Source: Candidatus Uhrbacteria bacterium
GTDB taxonomy: Bacteria > Patescibacteriota > Patescibacteriia > UBA9934 > GWF2-40-263
Direction of reading: 5' to 3'
DNA: 64,000 bases
Assembly (NCBI GenBank): GCA_016219925.1
Contig: JACRJU010000013.1
Span: 180,472-244,471 of the forward strand
The stretch's first letter is position 1; each line of letters starts with the position of its first letter. The notes beneath the pieces are model-generated. The model was not told where the DNA came from. It was given only the letters and a program-made list of their open reading frames with translations, and made no database searches. Below are positions 1 through 8,528 of the stretch, in pieces. The translations under genes were made by a program, and so were the position numbers.

Positions 1-1
1 T

Positions 2-472
2 CACATTGTCAGATTGATCGAAGACGGTCACGATCTTGCGCTTGTGACCGATGCTGGGACGCCGGGAATTAGTGATCCAGGCGGCCAGCTTGTTGAAGCG
101 TTGGTGAAGCGTTTTGGTGGCTCGCTTGCGATCGTTCCTATTCCGGGACCGAGCGCGCTTATCTGTGCACTCAGCGCATCGGGAATGCCCGCGGATAAAT
201 TTGTCTTTTTGGGTTTCCCGCCGATAAAAAATGGCCGGCAAAAATTTTTTGACCATCTTGCCGATTTTGATCTCACGATCGTTTTTTACGAGAGTACGCA
301 TCGTATTTTGAAAACCCTCGGCGAACTCGACAAACGGTTTCCGGACCGAAAAGTGGTCGTGTGCCGCGAGCTGACGAAACTCCACGAAACCATTTATCGC
401 GGCACCGCCGCTGAAGTGACAAAACAACTCGGCTCGACTAGTATAAAAGGCGAGTTTGTGGTCGTCCTCTAA
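2..472 (+). CDS. rsmI: 16S rRNA (cytidine1402-2'-O)-methyltransferase RsmI, 5'-truncated at the window edge
   Basis: The translation (LIEDGHDLALVTDAGTPGISDPG...VVVCRELTKLHE) matches the tetrapyrrole-methylase-like RsmI C-terminal region, and the frame is open from base 2. Confidence 0.7.
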   Translation, partial: HIVRLIEDGHDLALVTDAGTPGISDPGGQLVEALVKRFGGSLAIVPIPGPSALICALSASGMPADKFVFLGFPPIKNGRQKFFDHLADFDLTIVFYESTHRILKTLGELDKRFPDRKVVVCRELTKLHETIYRGTAAEVTKQLGSTSIKGEFVVVL

Positions 473-474
473 AT

Positions 475-1914
475 ATGCCCCGCTCTTACATCACCACCAC
501 TCTTCCATACGTCAACGCCAAACCGCACATTGGTTTTGCGCTTGAGATCGTGCAAGCGGATGTGCTCGCGCGTTATCATCGCGCCAAAGGCGATGAAGTG
601 ATTTTCAATACCGGCACAGACGAGCATGGGCAGAAGATTTATGAAAAGGCGATAGCAGAAGGGAAGGAGCCACAGGCGTATGTAGATGAATATGCGGCGA
701 AATTTGATGCCCTGCGCGAGGCGCTCAATTTAAGCTATACCCATTTTATCCGGACGACCGATGCTCATCATGTCGCCGCCGCGCAGGAATTTTGGCGTCG
801 TTGTTTCGAAAATGGCGATATCTATAAAGATCGATACCAAGTGAAATACTGTGTGGGATGTGAGCTCGAGAAAACGGATTCTGAACTGGATAACGGCCAT
901 TGTCCCGTGCATCCCAACCTTGAACTCGAAGCGCGCGATGAGAACAATTATTTTTTTCGGTTTTCAAAGTATCAGCAACCTTTGCTTGATCTGTACACAG
1001 CACGTCCAGATTTTGTGATGCCGGACTTTCGTCTTCAAGAGATTCGAAACTTTGTCGAGTCCGGATTGAAAGATTTCAGCATCTCGCGCCAGAAGAATAA
1101 AATGCCTTGGGGAGTGCCGGTGCCAGACGACGATGAGCAAGTGATGTACGTATGGTTTGATGCGCTCGTCAATTACATCTCAACACTCGGTTGGCCGAAA
1201 TCCGACAGGGATTTTGAAACATTCTGGCCGGGCGTGCAAGTCGCAGGCAAAGACAATTTGCGCCAACAATCTGCCATGTGGCAGGCGATGCTGTTTTCCG
1301 CTGGTCTGCCGCCATCGAAGCAGATATTTATTCACGGCTTCATCACTTCAGGCGGCCAAAAAATGAGTAAGAGTTTGGGCAACGTCGTGGATCCGTTTGA
1401 TGAAGTCAGCGAGTTCGGTACGGATGCCGTGCGTTATTATTTGTTGCGCGAGATTCCTTCCGGTGATGACGGCGACTTTTCGCGTGCACGCATGGAGGAA
1501 CGTTACAGCGAACTGGCCAATCAACTTGGAAATTTGGTTGGGCGCGTTGCCGCGATGGCGGAAAAATATTTTGATGGCGCCCTTGAGGTGTCCACGAACG
1601 ATTGGAGGGCACGAGAAGAACAATTGGCGCAAGCCATAAAGTCGTATGATTTTAAGCGCTACTTTGATATCGTTTTTGAGGTCATCTCCGAAGCCAACGA
1701 ACTGACCGATAAAAAAGCGCCGTTCAAATTAGTGAAAGAAGATGAGGCCGCGGCAAAAGTCGTTCTCTCAGAACTGGCAGATCAGATCCGCTTTATCGGT
1801 CGTGCGCTCGGACCTGTTCTTCCACACACCTCCGCGGAAATTTTGCGTCGGTATGGTACAGTAGTCACAGCGGACGAGCCGTTGTTCCCGCGTCGAGATC
1901 TTTCGGCTTCCTAA
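475..1914 (+). CDS. metG: Methionyl-tRNA synthetase (short form)
   Basis: Class I aaRS with a PHIGFA HIGH-like motif, a CPVHP zinc knuckle and a KMSKS motif (KMSKSLGN). Confidence 0.9.
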   Translation: MPRSYITTTLPYVNAKPHIGFALEIVQADVLARYHRAKGDEVIFNTGTDEHGQKIYEKAIAEGKEPQAYVDEYAAKFDALREALNLSYTHFIRTTDAHHVAAAQEFWRRCFENGDIYKDRYQVKYCVGCELEKTDSELDNGHCPVHPNLELEARDENNYFFRFSKYQQPLLDLYTARPDFVMPDFRLQEIRNFVESGLKDFSISRQKNKMPWGVPVPDDDEQVMYVWFDALVNYISTLGWPKSDRDFETFWPGVQVAGKDNLRQQSAMWQAMLFSAGLPPSKQIFIHGFITSGGQKMSKSLGNVVDPFDEVSEFGTDAVRYYLLREIPSGDDGDFSRARMEERYSELANQLGNLVGRVAAMAEKYFDGALEVSTNDWRAREEQLAQAIKSYDFKRYFDIVFEVISEANELTDKKAPFKLVKEDEAAAKVVLSELADQIRFIGRALGPVLPHTSAEILRRYGTVVTADEPLFPRRDLSAS

Positions 1915-1920
1915 CAGGCT

Positions 1921-2427
1921 ATGACGTTTATTGATCTTCTTCTCATTGTCATCATTCTTGCGTTTGTCTTTTTTGGATTGTTTTTTGGCTTGTTGCACAC
2001 GCTTGGGAGTCTCTTTGCCACCATTATTTCGGTCATCATCGCCTCTCATTTCGTCAATCCCGCTTTTGACACTTTCGGTTTTATGCTCGGTGGCGGCCAA
2101 ACCGCCAAGGTCATCACGTTCATTTTTTTATTTTTTATCACCTCGCGCCTTTTGGCACTCCTCATGAAATTTTTCGGGGGGGTTTTTTATTGGTTCACCT
2201 ACATTCCGTTTGCCAACACGTTTAATCGATTGTTGGGCGGTTTGTTTGGACTCCTTGAGGGGGTGATCGTTGTGGGTGTGATTATTTTTTATGCCATGCA
2301 GATTTTGCCGGACGACACCTTGTTGCACGCTTTGCAAGGATCATTGTTGGCGAAATATTTGGTAGCGATCATGAGTGCACTTCAGGTGTTTTTCCCGGAG
2401 ACTCTCAAGACGCGGGTGAAAGCGTGA
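1921..2427 (+). CDS. CvpA-family small membrane protein
   Basis: A 168-aa polytopic hydrophobic protein whose N-terminus (MTFIDLLLIVIILAFVFFG) is typical of colicin V production protein family members. Confidence 0.5.
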   Translation: MTFIDLLLIVIILAFVFFGLFFGLLHTLGSLFATIISVIIASHFVNPAFDTFGFMLGGGQTAKVITFIFLFFITSRLLALLMKFFGGVFYWFTYIPFANTFNRLLGGLFGLLEGVIVVGVIIFYAMQILPDDTLLHALQGSLLAKYLVAIMSALQVFFPETLKTRVKA

Positions 2428-2450
2428 CAGACGCTGTCTGCTAACGGTTT

Positions 2451-2546
2451 GGGTGTGGAGAGATCGATGGGACGACTTTTGTTGACTCAACACCGGCTAC
2501 GCGTCAAAAAAGTGTCCCATAACGATCTCTTCAACCGTTGGGGTTA
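2451..2546. repeat. 95-bp direct repeat, copy 1 (intergenic)
   Basis: Exact repeat of ggtgtggagagatcgatgggacgactttt...caaccgttgg, found again at 2581-2676. Confidence 0.85.
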
Positions 2547-2580
2547 TCAGACGTCTGTACGCTGAAGAGAAAAGATATAG

Positions 2581-2676
2581 GGTGTGGAGAGATCGATGGG
2601 ACGACTTTTGTTGACTCAACACCGGCTACGCGTCAAAAAAGTGTCCCATAACGATCTCTTCAACCGTTGGCGATAT
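2581..2676. repeat. 95-bp direct repeat, copy 2
   Basis: Identical to 2451-2546. It is followed by a hairpin element and a second partial unit. Confidence 0.85.
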
Positions 2677-2684
2677 TGTCTTGT

Positions 2685-2749
2685 GGTTTATGCCATGTCT
2701 TTGGGCCAGCGGACTCCTCGCCGCTGTTCCCTCCGACATGGCATAAACC
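2685..2749 (+). repeat. Structured hairpin repeat, family 2, copy A
   Basis: A 17-bp stem (GGTTTATGCCATGTC / GACATGGCATAAACC) closes the conserved loop TTTGGGCCAGCGGACTCCTCGCCGCTGTTCCCTCC. Confidence 0.8.
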
Positions 2750-2798
2750 GCAAAAAGACGTCTGTACGCTAAAGAGAAAGGATTATTTTGCGAACTCT

Positions 2799-2830
2799 TC
2801 GCCGCTGTTCCCTCCGACAGGGCATCAACC
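2799..2830 (+). repeat. Partial (3' half) copy of the family-2 hairpin repeat
   Basis: cgccgctgttccctccgacagggcatcaacc matches the 3' loop/stem half of copy A. Confidence 0.6.
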
Positions 2831-2850
2831 GAAAAAGATTGACAGCATAT

Positions 2851-3750
2851 ATGCTCATCGATACACATTGCCACGTGCATTTTAACGCTTACAAAGACGA
2901 CATGGACGCGGTGATCCGCCGAACCCTTGACAAAGGGGTTTTTATGATCACGGTCGGCACACAAAGAGATACGAGCGCAAACGGATTGAAAGTTGCCGAA
3001 CTCTACGATGGATTGTGGGCAAGCGTTGGCCTGCATCCAAACCATCTCACCCGACAAGAGTTTTGGGATGATGATGAACTTCCGCCGCAGGCGCAAGCAA
3101 CGCCGCTTATCAAAACACGAGCCGAAGTGTTTGATCCCGCCTATTATCTCAAGCTGGCGCAACATCCGAAGTGTGTGGCTATCGGCGAATGCGGCCTGGA
3201 TTATTATCGGATCCCCGAAGGGGTTGATAGAGAAGACGTAAAGCGCGTGCAAGAAGCGGCTGTGCGCGGACAGTTCGATGTGGCCACGCAAGCGAATCTT
3301 CCCGTGATTGTGCATTGCCGCGATGCACACGCGACGCAGGCCGACCTTATTGAAGAGTTTGTGAAAGAGGGAAAACTGGCGCGGCGGGGTGTGGTGCATT
3401 GTTTTACGGGAACGATTGAGGAAGCACAGCGATATTTGAATTTAGGATTTTATATTTCGTTTACGGGAATCATCACCTTTCCTGCGCGAAAAGGAGAAGC
3501 AGATGGTGACGGGTTGAGCGCGCTTCATCGAGTGGTGCGCGAGATGCCGCTTGAGCGTATGCTTATTGAAACGGACGCGCCGTATCTGACGCCAATCCCG
3601 CATCGTGGCGAACGTAACGAACCGTGGTATGTGGAGTTTGTGGCACAGAAGGTTGCGGAGCTCAAAGGGATTTCGTTCGATAAGGTCGCTGAGCAGACAA
3701 CAGAGAATGCGAGGAAATTATTTGGGATAATTGAATCTTTCTTGCAATGA
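2851..3750 (+). CDS. tatD: TatD-family metal-dependent deoxyribonuclease
   Basis: Contains MLIDTHCHVHF, GECGLDYYR, VIVHCRDAH and LIETDAPYLTP signatures. Start taken at the ATG at 2851 rather than the repeat-derived ORF extension. Confidence 0.9.
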   Translation: MLIDTHCHVHFNAYKDDMDAVIRRTLDKGVFMITVGTQRDTSANGLKVAELYDGLWASVGLHPNHLTRQEFWDDDELPPQAQATPLIKTRAEVFDPAYYLKLAQHPKCVAIGECGLDYYRIPEGVDREDVKRVQEAAVRGQFDVATQANLPVIVHCRDAHATQADLIEEFVKEGKLARRGVVHCFTGTIEEAQRYLNLGFYISFTGIITFPARKGEADGDGLSALHRVVREMPLERMLIETDAPYLTPIPHRGERNEPWYVEFVAQKVAELKGISFDKVAEQTTENARKLFGIIESFLQ

Positions 3751-3756
3751 TAGCAA

Positions 3757-3795
3757 AAGAAAAACGCCTGCGAGAGTTTCGCACGGCGTTGGTTG
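3757..3795 (-). terminator. Putative intrinsic terminator for the minus-strand island gene
   Basis: On the minus strand an imperfect GC hairpin (aacgccgtgcgaaactctcgcaggcgtt) is followed by TTTTTCTTTT. Confidence 0.45.
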
Positions 3796-3804
3796 AGGTA
3801 GGGG

Positions 3805-4677
3805 CTACCAGTAGCGCCGACGGAACTCCGTCGCGTCATGGTGGTTCAGGCCCGTGTTGAGGTCGGCGATGAGCAGGCCCATCAGCTGACCGAACAGGAC
3901 CATCTGCGGTCCGTTCTGTCCGCTCTTGAAAGCTTTGACCAGATCGATCGCCCGCGCGAGCTTGACGCGCGCGGCTTCCTTGGCGACGACATCGCCGTTG
4001 CGGAATGCGCGGTGTGCCTCGATGATCGCGTCGCGGTTCGACGGCCAGTTCGAGTCATGGTTCACGATCTCGCGCAGGCCGATCGTGATGGGATCCGACG
4101 CCCGAGCAGGGGGGGTCAGTGGCGGTTCGCGTCGATCCTCATCTCGAGGCTTTCCGTCGCGTCGGTCGTCCCGACGCGGTTGCTCGCTCGTGGGCTGGCG
4201 CTGTCCTGATGGAGCCGTTGCTCCTGGCGCGGTGCGCGGAGCTTGTACCACAGGAGCGCGCGGCGCGCTCTGCGAAGGGGGAAGCAGCACGGTACGCGCC
4301 CCGCCTCCGCTTGGAGCCGCAACTGCCGCCGCAACGAGATCGTCGAAGTTCGTCACACTCGCTGCGGGTTCTTCGACCGCTTCGACCGGGAGAGCTTCTA
4401 CGATCACCGGCTTGGCGACGTCGACGGTGACCTTGGCCTCCAGCTTGGCCGCGTAGGCCGCCAAGAGGACTTTGGCTGAACCGTCCGTCAGGCCTTCAGC
4501 GTAGAAGGTGGGCCTGCGAGTGAACTCGCCGACGTTGTCGATGGTGTTAGGGTTCAGACCCCCAGCCTCGTCGTTGGTGGGCTCGGGGCTGTCCCCGAGG
4601 GCTTCGACAGCCTCCTGCGAGGCCGTCGCGTCAGGGTTGGGCCCGAAGAGGGCCTCAAAGGCTTCGTTTCTGGTCAA
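3805..4677 (-). CDS. Hypothetical protein with a low-complexity Ala/Pro/Glu-rich middle and a conserved C-terminal domain (high-GC island 1)
   Basis: GC3-rich coding frame with a diverse amino-acid composition, while the opposite-strand ORFs are Arg/Ser/Ala junk. The likely start is the TTG at 4677, 6 nt after AGGAGG; the ORF tool's longer start at 4728 lies inside the -10 box. Confidence 0.55.
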   Translation of the reverse strand: MTRNEAFEALFGPNPDATASQEAVEALGDSPEPTNDEAGGLNPNTIDNVGEFTRRPTFYAEGLTDGSAKVLLAAYAAKLEAKVTVDVAKPVIVEALPVEAVEEPAASVTNFDDLVAAAVAAPSGGGARTVLLPPSQSAPRAPVVQAPRTAPGATAPSGQRQPTSEQPRRDDRRDGKPRDEDRREPPLTPPARASDPITIGLREIVNHDSNWPSNRDAIIEAHRAFRNGDVVAKEAARVKLARAIDLVKAFKSGQNGPQMVLFGQLMGLLIADLNTGLNHHDATEFRRRYW

Positions 4678-4718
4678 GGGCCACCTCCTGATTAAGGGTT
4701 GTCCAGTCGAAGGAAGCG

Positions 4719-4797
4719 AATTTATCACAAAAACTCTTATTTGTCAATAAAAAATGACAAGCGAAAGCTTGACATTTTTAGGGAAATCAGCTAATAT
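4719..4797. promoter_or_regulatory. Back-to-back divergent sigma70-like promoters of island 1
   Basis: Plus strand: TTGACA (4769-4774), 17 nt, TAATAT (4792-4797). Minus strand: TTGACA (revcomp of 4742-4747), 17 nt, TAAATT (revcomp of 4719-4724). Confidence 0.55.
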
Positions 4798-4905
4798 CGT
4801 CCCTCACGTTCGTGTCGTTTTCAACGATTCGAACATGGGGAAAGTTTCTCAACCCGCCGCTAAGCGCGGCCAAAACGCCGCGTGAGCGGCAAGGAAGGAG
4901 GCCAG

Positions 4906-6537
4906 ATGGCCACGCAGCAGTCCCAGTCCGATACCGGTGCCTTCGGCACCGACGACGTCATCGAGCGCCTGGGCGTTCGCGTGCTCGAAGAGGGCGAGAG
5001 CCCTGCCTCCGGCACGACCGCCTTGGTGCAGTTCCGGGCCGCCCCGACCCTCAAGGCGATCGGGCGCGACCTCGCCCGCGTCGCGGCCACGACCTCCATG
5101 GGCAACCGGGAGGGCGCCCGCCGCCGGTGGCTGGACCGCATGGTCATGGTCTCCGGCCCGGATGGCAAGCCCTCGGACGTCCCGCTCTTTGTGAGCGTGA
5201 CCTTCACGGGCAAGCTCGTGACGGTCAAGGGCGTTCAGGACGTGGGGGTGAGCGCGGAGATGGAGCTCCCCGGCCTCGGCCGCGTGGAGATCCAGCCGCT
5301 CTTCACCGTCGGGATCGAGTACGTCGCCGTCAAGGAAGGCGTGCTCGTGCCCACGCGCTCCTTCACCGGCGCCCTGTTCGCCCCGAAGAGTGGCAAGGGT
5401 CCCGGCAAGTTCGTGCCCATCGACTTGGCCGACCCCCAGCTCATCGCGCGCTGGAACGGCATCGTCGAGCAGGGCAAGGCGCTCAACACCGACCACGGCA
5501 AGTGGCCGACGATCCCGGTCCTCGAGACCAAGATCGGCCGGCCCGGGCAGATGATCATCCCCTTCGCGCCCCGCTACCAGGTCAAGGAGACCTTCAACGA
5601 GCGCGGGCGTGACGGCAAGGAGCGCCAGAAGTCGATCTGGGTCATCGGGACCCGGTTCGGCAAGAAAGTGATCCTGGAAAGCCGGTCGCAGGCCCCGGCG
5701 GTCATCGACGCCAGCTCGGCAAAGCCGTTCGGCGATCTCGAGTTCGTCGTCCGTGAGGGCGAGAACTCCCTGATCGTCGTCCTGCGCGGCCGGCCCGGGC
5801 AGACGCCCCTGCCGGAGTCCATGGCGACCATCGAGCAGGCGAGCGACGGGGTGGACCCGTTCGCCGTCCTCAATCTGGACGTCATGCGCTACGAGCCCGG
5901 CCGGGCGCACACCTTCGTGGAGCGGTGCATGCAGCTTCCGCTCAACTCCGCCAATCCGCTCTACAAGAGCGCGATCAACCTCGGGCTCATCGTCGCGGGC
6001 CAGTCCACGGCGGTCGTGAGCAACCAGCTCCAGGCGCTGGCTGACGAGGCCCAGCGCAAGGCCAGGGAGTTCTGGGACGCAGCCATGAAGGCGACGTGGG
6101 AGGCCTTCAGGGTCTACACGTTGCCGGAGATCGGCGACTGCCTGCAGGGCAAGCCCCTGGGGCAGGTCATCGACCGGCTCAACCCTGAGGACGCGGCCGC
6201 GGCGTGGATCACCAGCCACGTCGAGGGCGAGTACTCGCACACGAGCCCGTTTCACCGGGTCCTGCGCGAGCGCGTCCTGCGTGCCGTCGCCCGCAAGGCC
6301 GGCTACCGCGACCCGGCCCCCGAAGGCCCCGCGGCCGACGAGCAGGCCAAGCCCGCCAAGTCCGAGGCCCCGCAGAACAGCGGGACCAACGGCGCGACCA
6401 GCCCCGTCGCCGCGGACACCGCCGAGGCCCCCAAGCCGAAGCGGACCCCGCGCAAGCCGACCAAGGGCGCCAAGCCCAAGGCCGCCGCGCGCAAGACCGC
6501 CAAGCCCAAGGGCTCCCAGCCCGCACTGCGGCAGTGA
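4906..6537 (+). CDS. Hypothetical 543-aa protein with a Lys/Pro/Ala-rich basic C-terminal tail (high-GC island 1)
   Basis: AAGGAGG at 4893-4900 precedes the ATG at 4906 by 5 nt, and the frame is very GC3-rich. The tail (PKPKRTPRKPTKGAKPKAAARKTAKPKG) resembles histone H1 / HU-tail repeats. No family was recognised for the body. Confidence 0.6.
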   Translation: MATQQSQSDTGAFGTDDVIERLGVRVLEEGESPASGTTALVQFRAAPTLKAIGRDLARVAATTSMGNREGARRRWLDRMVMVSGPDGKPSDVPLFVSVTFTGKLVTVKGVQDVGVSAEMELPGLGRVEIQPLFTVGIEYVAVKEGVLVPTRSFTGALFAPKSGKGPGKFVPIDLADPQLIARWNGIVEQGKALNTDHGKWPTIPVLETKIGRPGQMIIPFAPRYQVKETFNERGRDGKERQKSIWVIGTRFGKKVILESRSQAPAVIDASSAKPFGDLEFVVREGENSLIVVLRGRPGQTPLPESMATIEQASDGVDPFAVLNLDVMRYEPGRAHTFVERCMQLPLNSANPLYKSAINLGLIVAGQSTAVVSNQLQALADEAQRKAREFWDAAMKATWEAFRVYTLPEIGDCLQGKPLGQVIDRLNPEDAAAAWITSHVEGEYSHTSPFHRVLRERVLRAVARKAGYRDPAPEGPAADEQAKPAKSEAPQNSGTNGATSPVAADTAEAPKPKRTPRKPTKGAKPKAAARKTAKPKGSQPALRQ

Positions 6538-6600
6538 TTCCCTCCGGATCCTGCCGCTCTTTTTTTATTGTAGCGTGATAGATACAGATGACAGATCAGT

Positions 6601-6738
6601 CAGTGGGGGCCCGGCTGGCCATTTCCCCATCCGTGCTCGCAAGCTGCGCGCGGATGGGGACCCCATGGCCGCCTCCCCACTGGCCGTGACAGCTTATCCA
6701 TTCGCAAAGCGACTCTATTGCCCGAGCTTGTCGAGGGC
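6601..6738 (+). repeat. GC-rich extended-hairpin repeat, family 1, copy 1
   Basis: About 90% identical to 13221-13358. It forms nested stems: CCAGTGGGG/CCCCACTGG, GCTGGCCAT/ATGGCCGCC and CCCCATCCG/CGGATGGGG. Confidence 0.8.
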
Positions 6739-6844
6739 TGCTCTTGCAATGCGGCGTAGTCCATGCCTCCTCGACAAAATCAATCATTCATCACCGAACG
6801 AGATGGACAACGTGAAGATGAAAGGAGGAGGAACTATCCGTTGG

Positions 6845-6914
6845 TGCGATAATATGAACACAAGGGAATCCATAGGGTTCCTCCCGTGATTCCCCTGTAT
6901 TCATATCATCGCAC
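6845..6914. other. Nested inverted-repeat element upstream of the atp promoter
   Basis: The outer stem GTGCGATAATATGAA/TTCATATCATCGCAC encloses the inner stem GGGAATC/GATTCCC. Confidence 0.4.
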
Positions 6915-6952
6915 CCCAAGGGGAAGCTGTTCCTTGATATTTTTTATCCGCA

Positions 6953-6981
6953 TTGACCTTTTTCTCTGTGCCGCGTATACT
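6953..6981 (+). promoter_or_regulatory. Putative promoter of the ATP synthase operon
   Basis: TTGACC (6953-6958), 17 nt, TATACT (6976-6981). Confidence 0.5.
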
Positions 6982-7016
6982 TTCCGCGCTTGTTGACCGT
7001 TGCGCACAAGACGCTT

Positions 7017-7262
7017 ATGAGCACCGATGCCCCTTATTACCGACTTGCGATGAAGATTTTCGTAGACTTTACCGGAACCATCGCGATCCCGGTGGTTGTC
7101 GCAGCGCTTGCAGGCAAATGGCTTGATGAGCGTTATGGCACATCGCCGTGGTCTCTCATCGGCTTGTTCGCTCTTGCGCTGATTTTTACGGGCATGACGG
7201 TCGTCAAAAAAGCGTATCGGTATCGGAAAGAATTTGAATCCATTTCACACAACGCTAAGTGA
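7017..7262 (+). CDS. Small two-helix membrane protein, possibly an AtpZ/AtpI-like ATP synthase accessory protein
   Basis: An 81-aa hydrophobic protein immediately upstream of atpB, in the usual AtpI/AtpZ position. Confidence 0.4.
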   Translation: MSTDAPYYRLAMKIFVDFTGTIAIPVVVAALAGKWLDERYGTSPWSLIGLFALALIFTGMTVVKKAYRYRKEFESISHNAK

Positions 7263-7266
7263 TTGT

Positions 7267-8115
7267 ATGAGTTTCGCCATTCCTCCCGTTGCGGCTGAAC
7301 CGGTTCTCTCTATCGGAACATTTCCCATCACGAATACCATGGTGAACGCCTGGATCGCGGTTGTTTTTTTCCTGCTCATTTCTCTTGCGGTTCGTTCTCG
7401 AAAAGCGCGCGTTCCAAAAGGGTTGCAAAATATTGTGGAGTCTGTGGTGGAGTTTCTTTTGCGCGAAGTCGAAAAAGTAACAGGGGATAAAAAGAAAGCT
7501 CGGCAGTTTTTGCCGATCGTCGGCACGATCTTTCTTTTCATCCTCTTTTCTAATTGGATCGGATTGTTTCCGGGAACCGGTTCCATTGGAGTCTGGGGGA
7601 TGGTTCATGGGGAAGTGGAATTGATTCCCTTACTTCGTCCAGCCGCCAGCGATCTGAATCTCACCCTTGCGATCGCTTTGTTTGCGATCATCACCTCACA
7701 CGTCATGGCTTTGTTGTCGATCGGACCGTTAAATCACATCAGCAAATTCATCAACATCCGCGGAGTTCTGCGTTCGTTGCGCAACGGACCGATGGCTGTG
7801 ATCGTAGCGATTATCGAATTGGGTGTGGGCTTTATCGAAATCGTTGGTGAGATTGCCAAAGTGGTCTCGCTCTCGCTTCGGTTGTTTGGAAACATTTTTG
7901 CCGGCGAAGTTTTGATGACGGTTATGCTTGGATTGCTCGCCTATGTCGTGCCGATTCCGTTTATGTTTTTGGAGCTTCTGGTCGGAGCGGTTCAAGCAAC
8001 GGTTTTTGCGATGCTGACGCTTGCGTATTTGGTGGTGGCGACGGAAGATCACGGTGGCCACGAAGAAAATACTCACGGTGGCCACGAAGAAGTTCTCGTT
8101 TCAACTCATCCATAA
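7267..8115 (+). CDS. atpB: F0 ATP synthase subunit a
   Basis: Conserved LSLRLFGNIFAGEVL region with the essential Arg. The C-terminus carries a His-rich tandem repeat. Confidence 0.85.
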   Translation: MSFAIPPVAAEPVLSIGTFPITNTMVNAWIAVVFFLLISLAVRSRKARVPKGLQNIVESVVEFLLREVEKVTGDKKKARQFLPIVGTIFLFILFSNWIGLFPGTGSIGVWGMVHGEVELIPLLRPAASDLNLTLAIALFAIITSHVMALLSIGPLNHISKFINIRGVLRSLRNGPMAVIVAIIELGVGFIEIVGEIAKVVSLSLRLFGNIFAGEVLMTVMLGLLAYVVPIPFMFLELLVGAVQATVFAMLTLAYLVVATEDHGGHEENTHGGHEEVLVSTHP

Positions 8116-8355
<240 letters not shown>

Positions 8356-8528
8356 AAGTTAGCCGCAAGTAATAGGTGGCAAGTATCAAGTCGAAAACTG
8401 ACAGACTTCTGCAGAGGTCACTTGATACTTCGGACGTGTTACTCGTTTTGCCTATGTCCTCACCACAACAGACAACAGAACTTGCTCGAGGAGCCGCTCA
8501 AACCGTTGAAGCAACCGGCGGTCTTGGC

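Noticed and set aside
2451-2840. Possible CRISPR array, because of repeated intergenic sequence near a nuclease gene.
   Set aside because: The repeat units are 95 bp, there are only two copies, the spacing is irregular and no cas genes are present. It is a tandem duplication, not a CRISPR array.
2626-3399. ORF-track proteins beginning MSEGTAARSP.../SEGTTAMSPSARRHG (also at 13484, 29200 and 35217).
   Set aside because: The shared peptide is simply the translation of the conserved hairpin-repeat loop on one strand. The flanking extensions differ, overlap real genes (tatD, atpC, zur) and have no start signals.
4849-6255. Long minus-strand ORF (468 aa) antisense to the island-1 plus gene. Similar long antisense ORFs exist in every high-GC island (3926-4456, 14852-15445, 15535-16077, 16339-16965, 17004-18074, 53299-54054).
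   Set aside because: They are Arg/Ala/Gly/Ser-rich with GC concentrated at codon position 1, as expected for out-of-frame reading of GC3-rich genes. They also lack promoter and ribosome-binding-site signals. The opposite-strand frames have normal composition and proper signals.
3757-6580. Island 1 as a prophage remnant (a large protein with a basic tail could be a capsid or DNA-binding phage protein).
   Set aside because: No integrase, terminase, portal, tail or recombinase genes, and no att-like direct repeats at the borders. Only two genes are present.
6281-6889. Pro/Arg-rich 202-aa ORF spanning the end of island 1 and the GC-rich repeat.
   Set aside because: It is an alternative frame of the GC-rich gene tail and repeat, with low-complexity composition and no ribosome-binding site.
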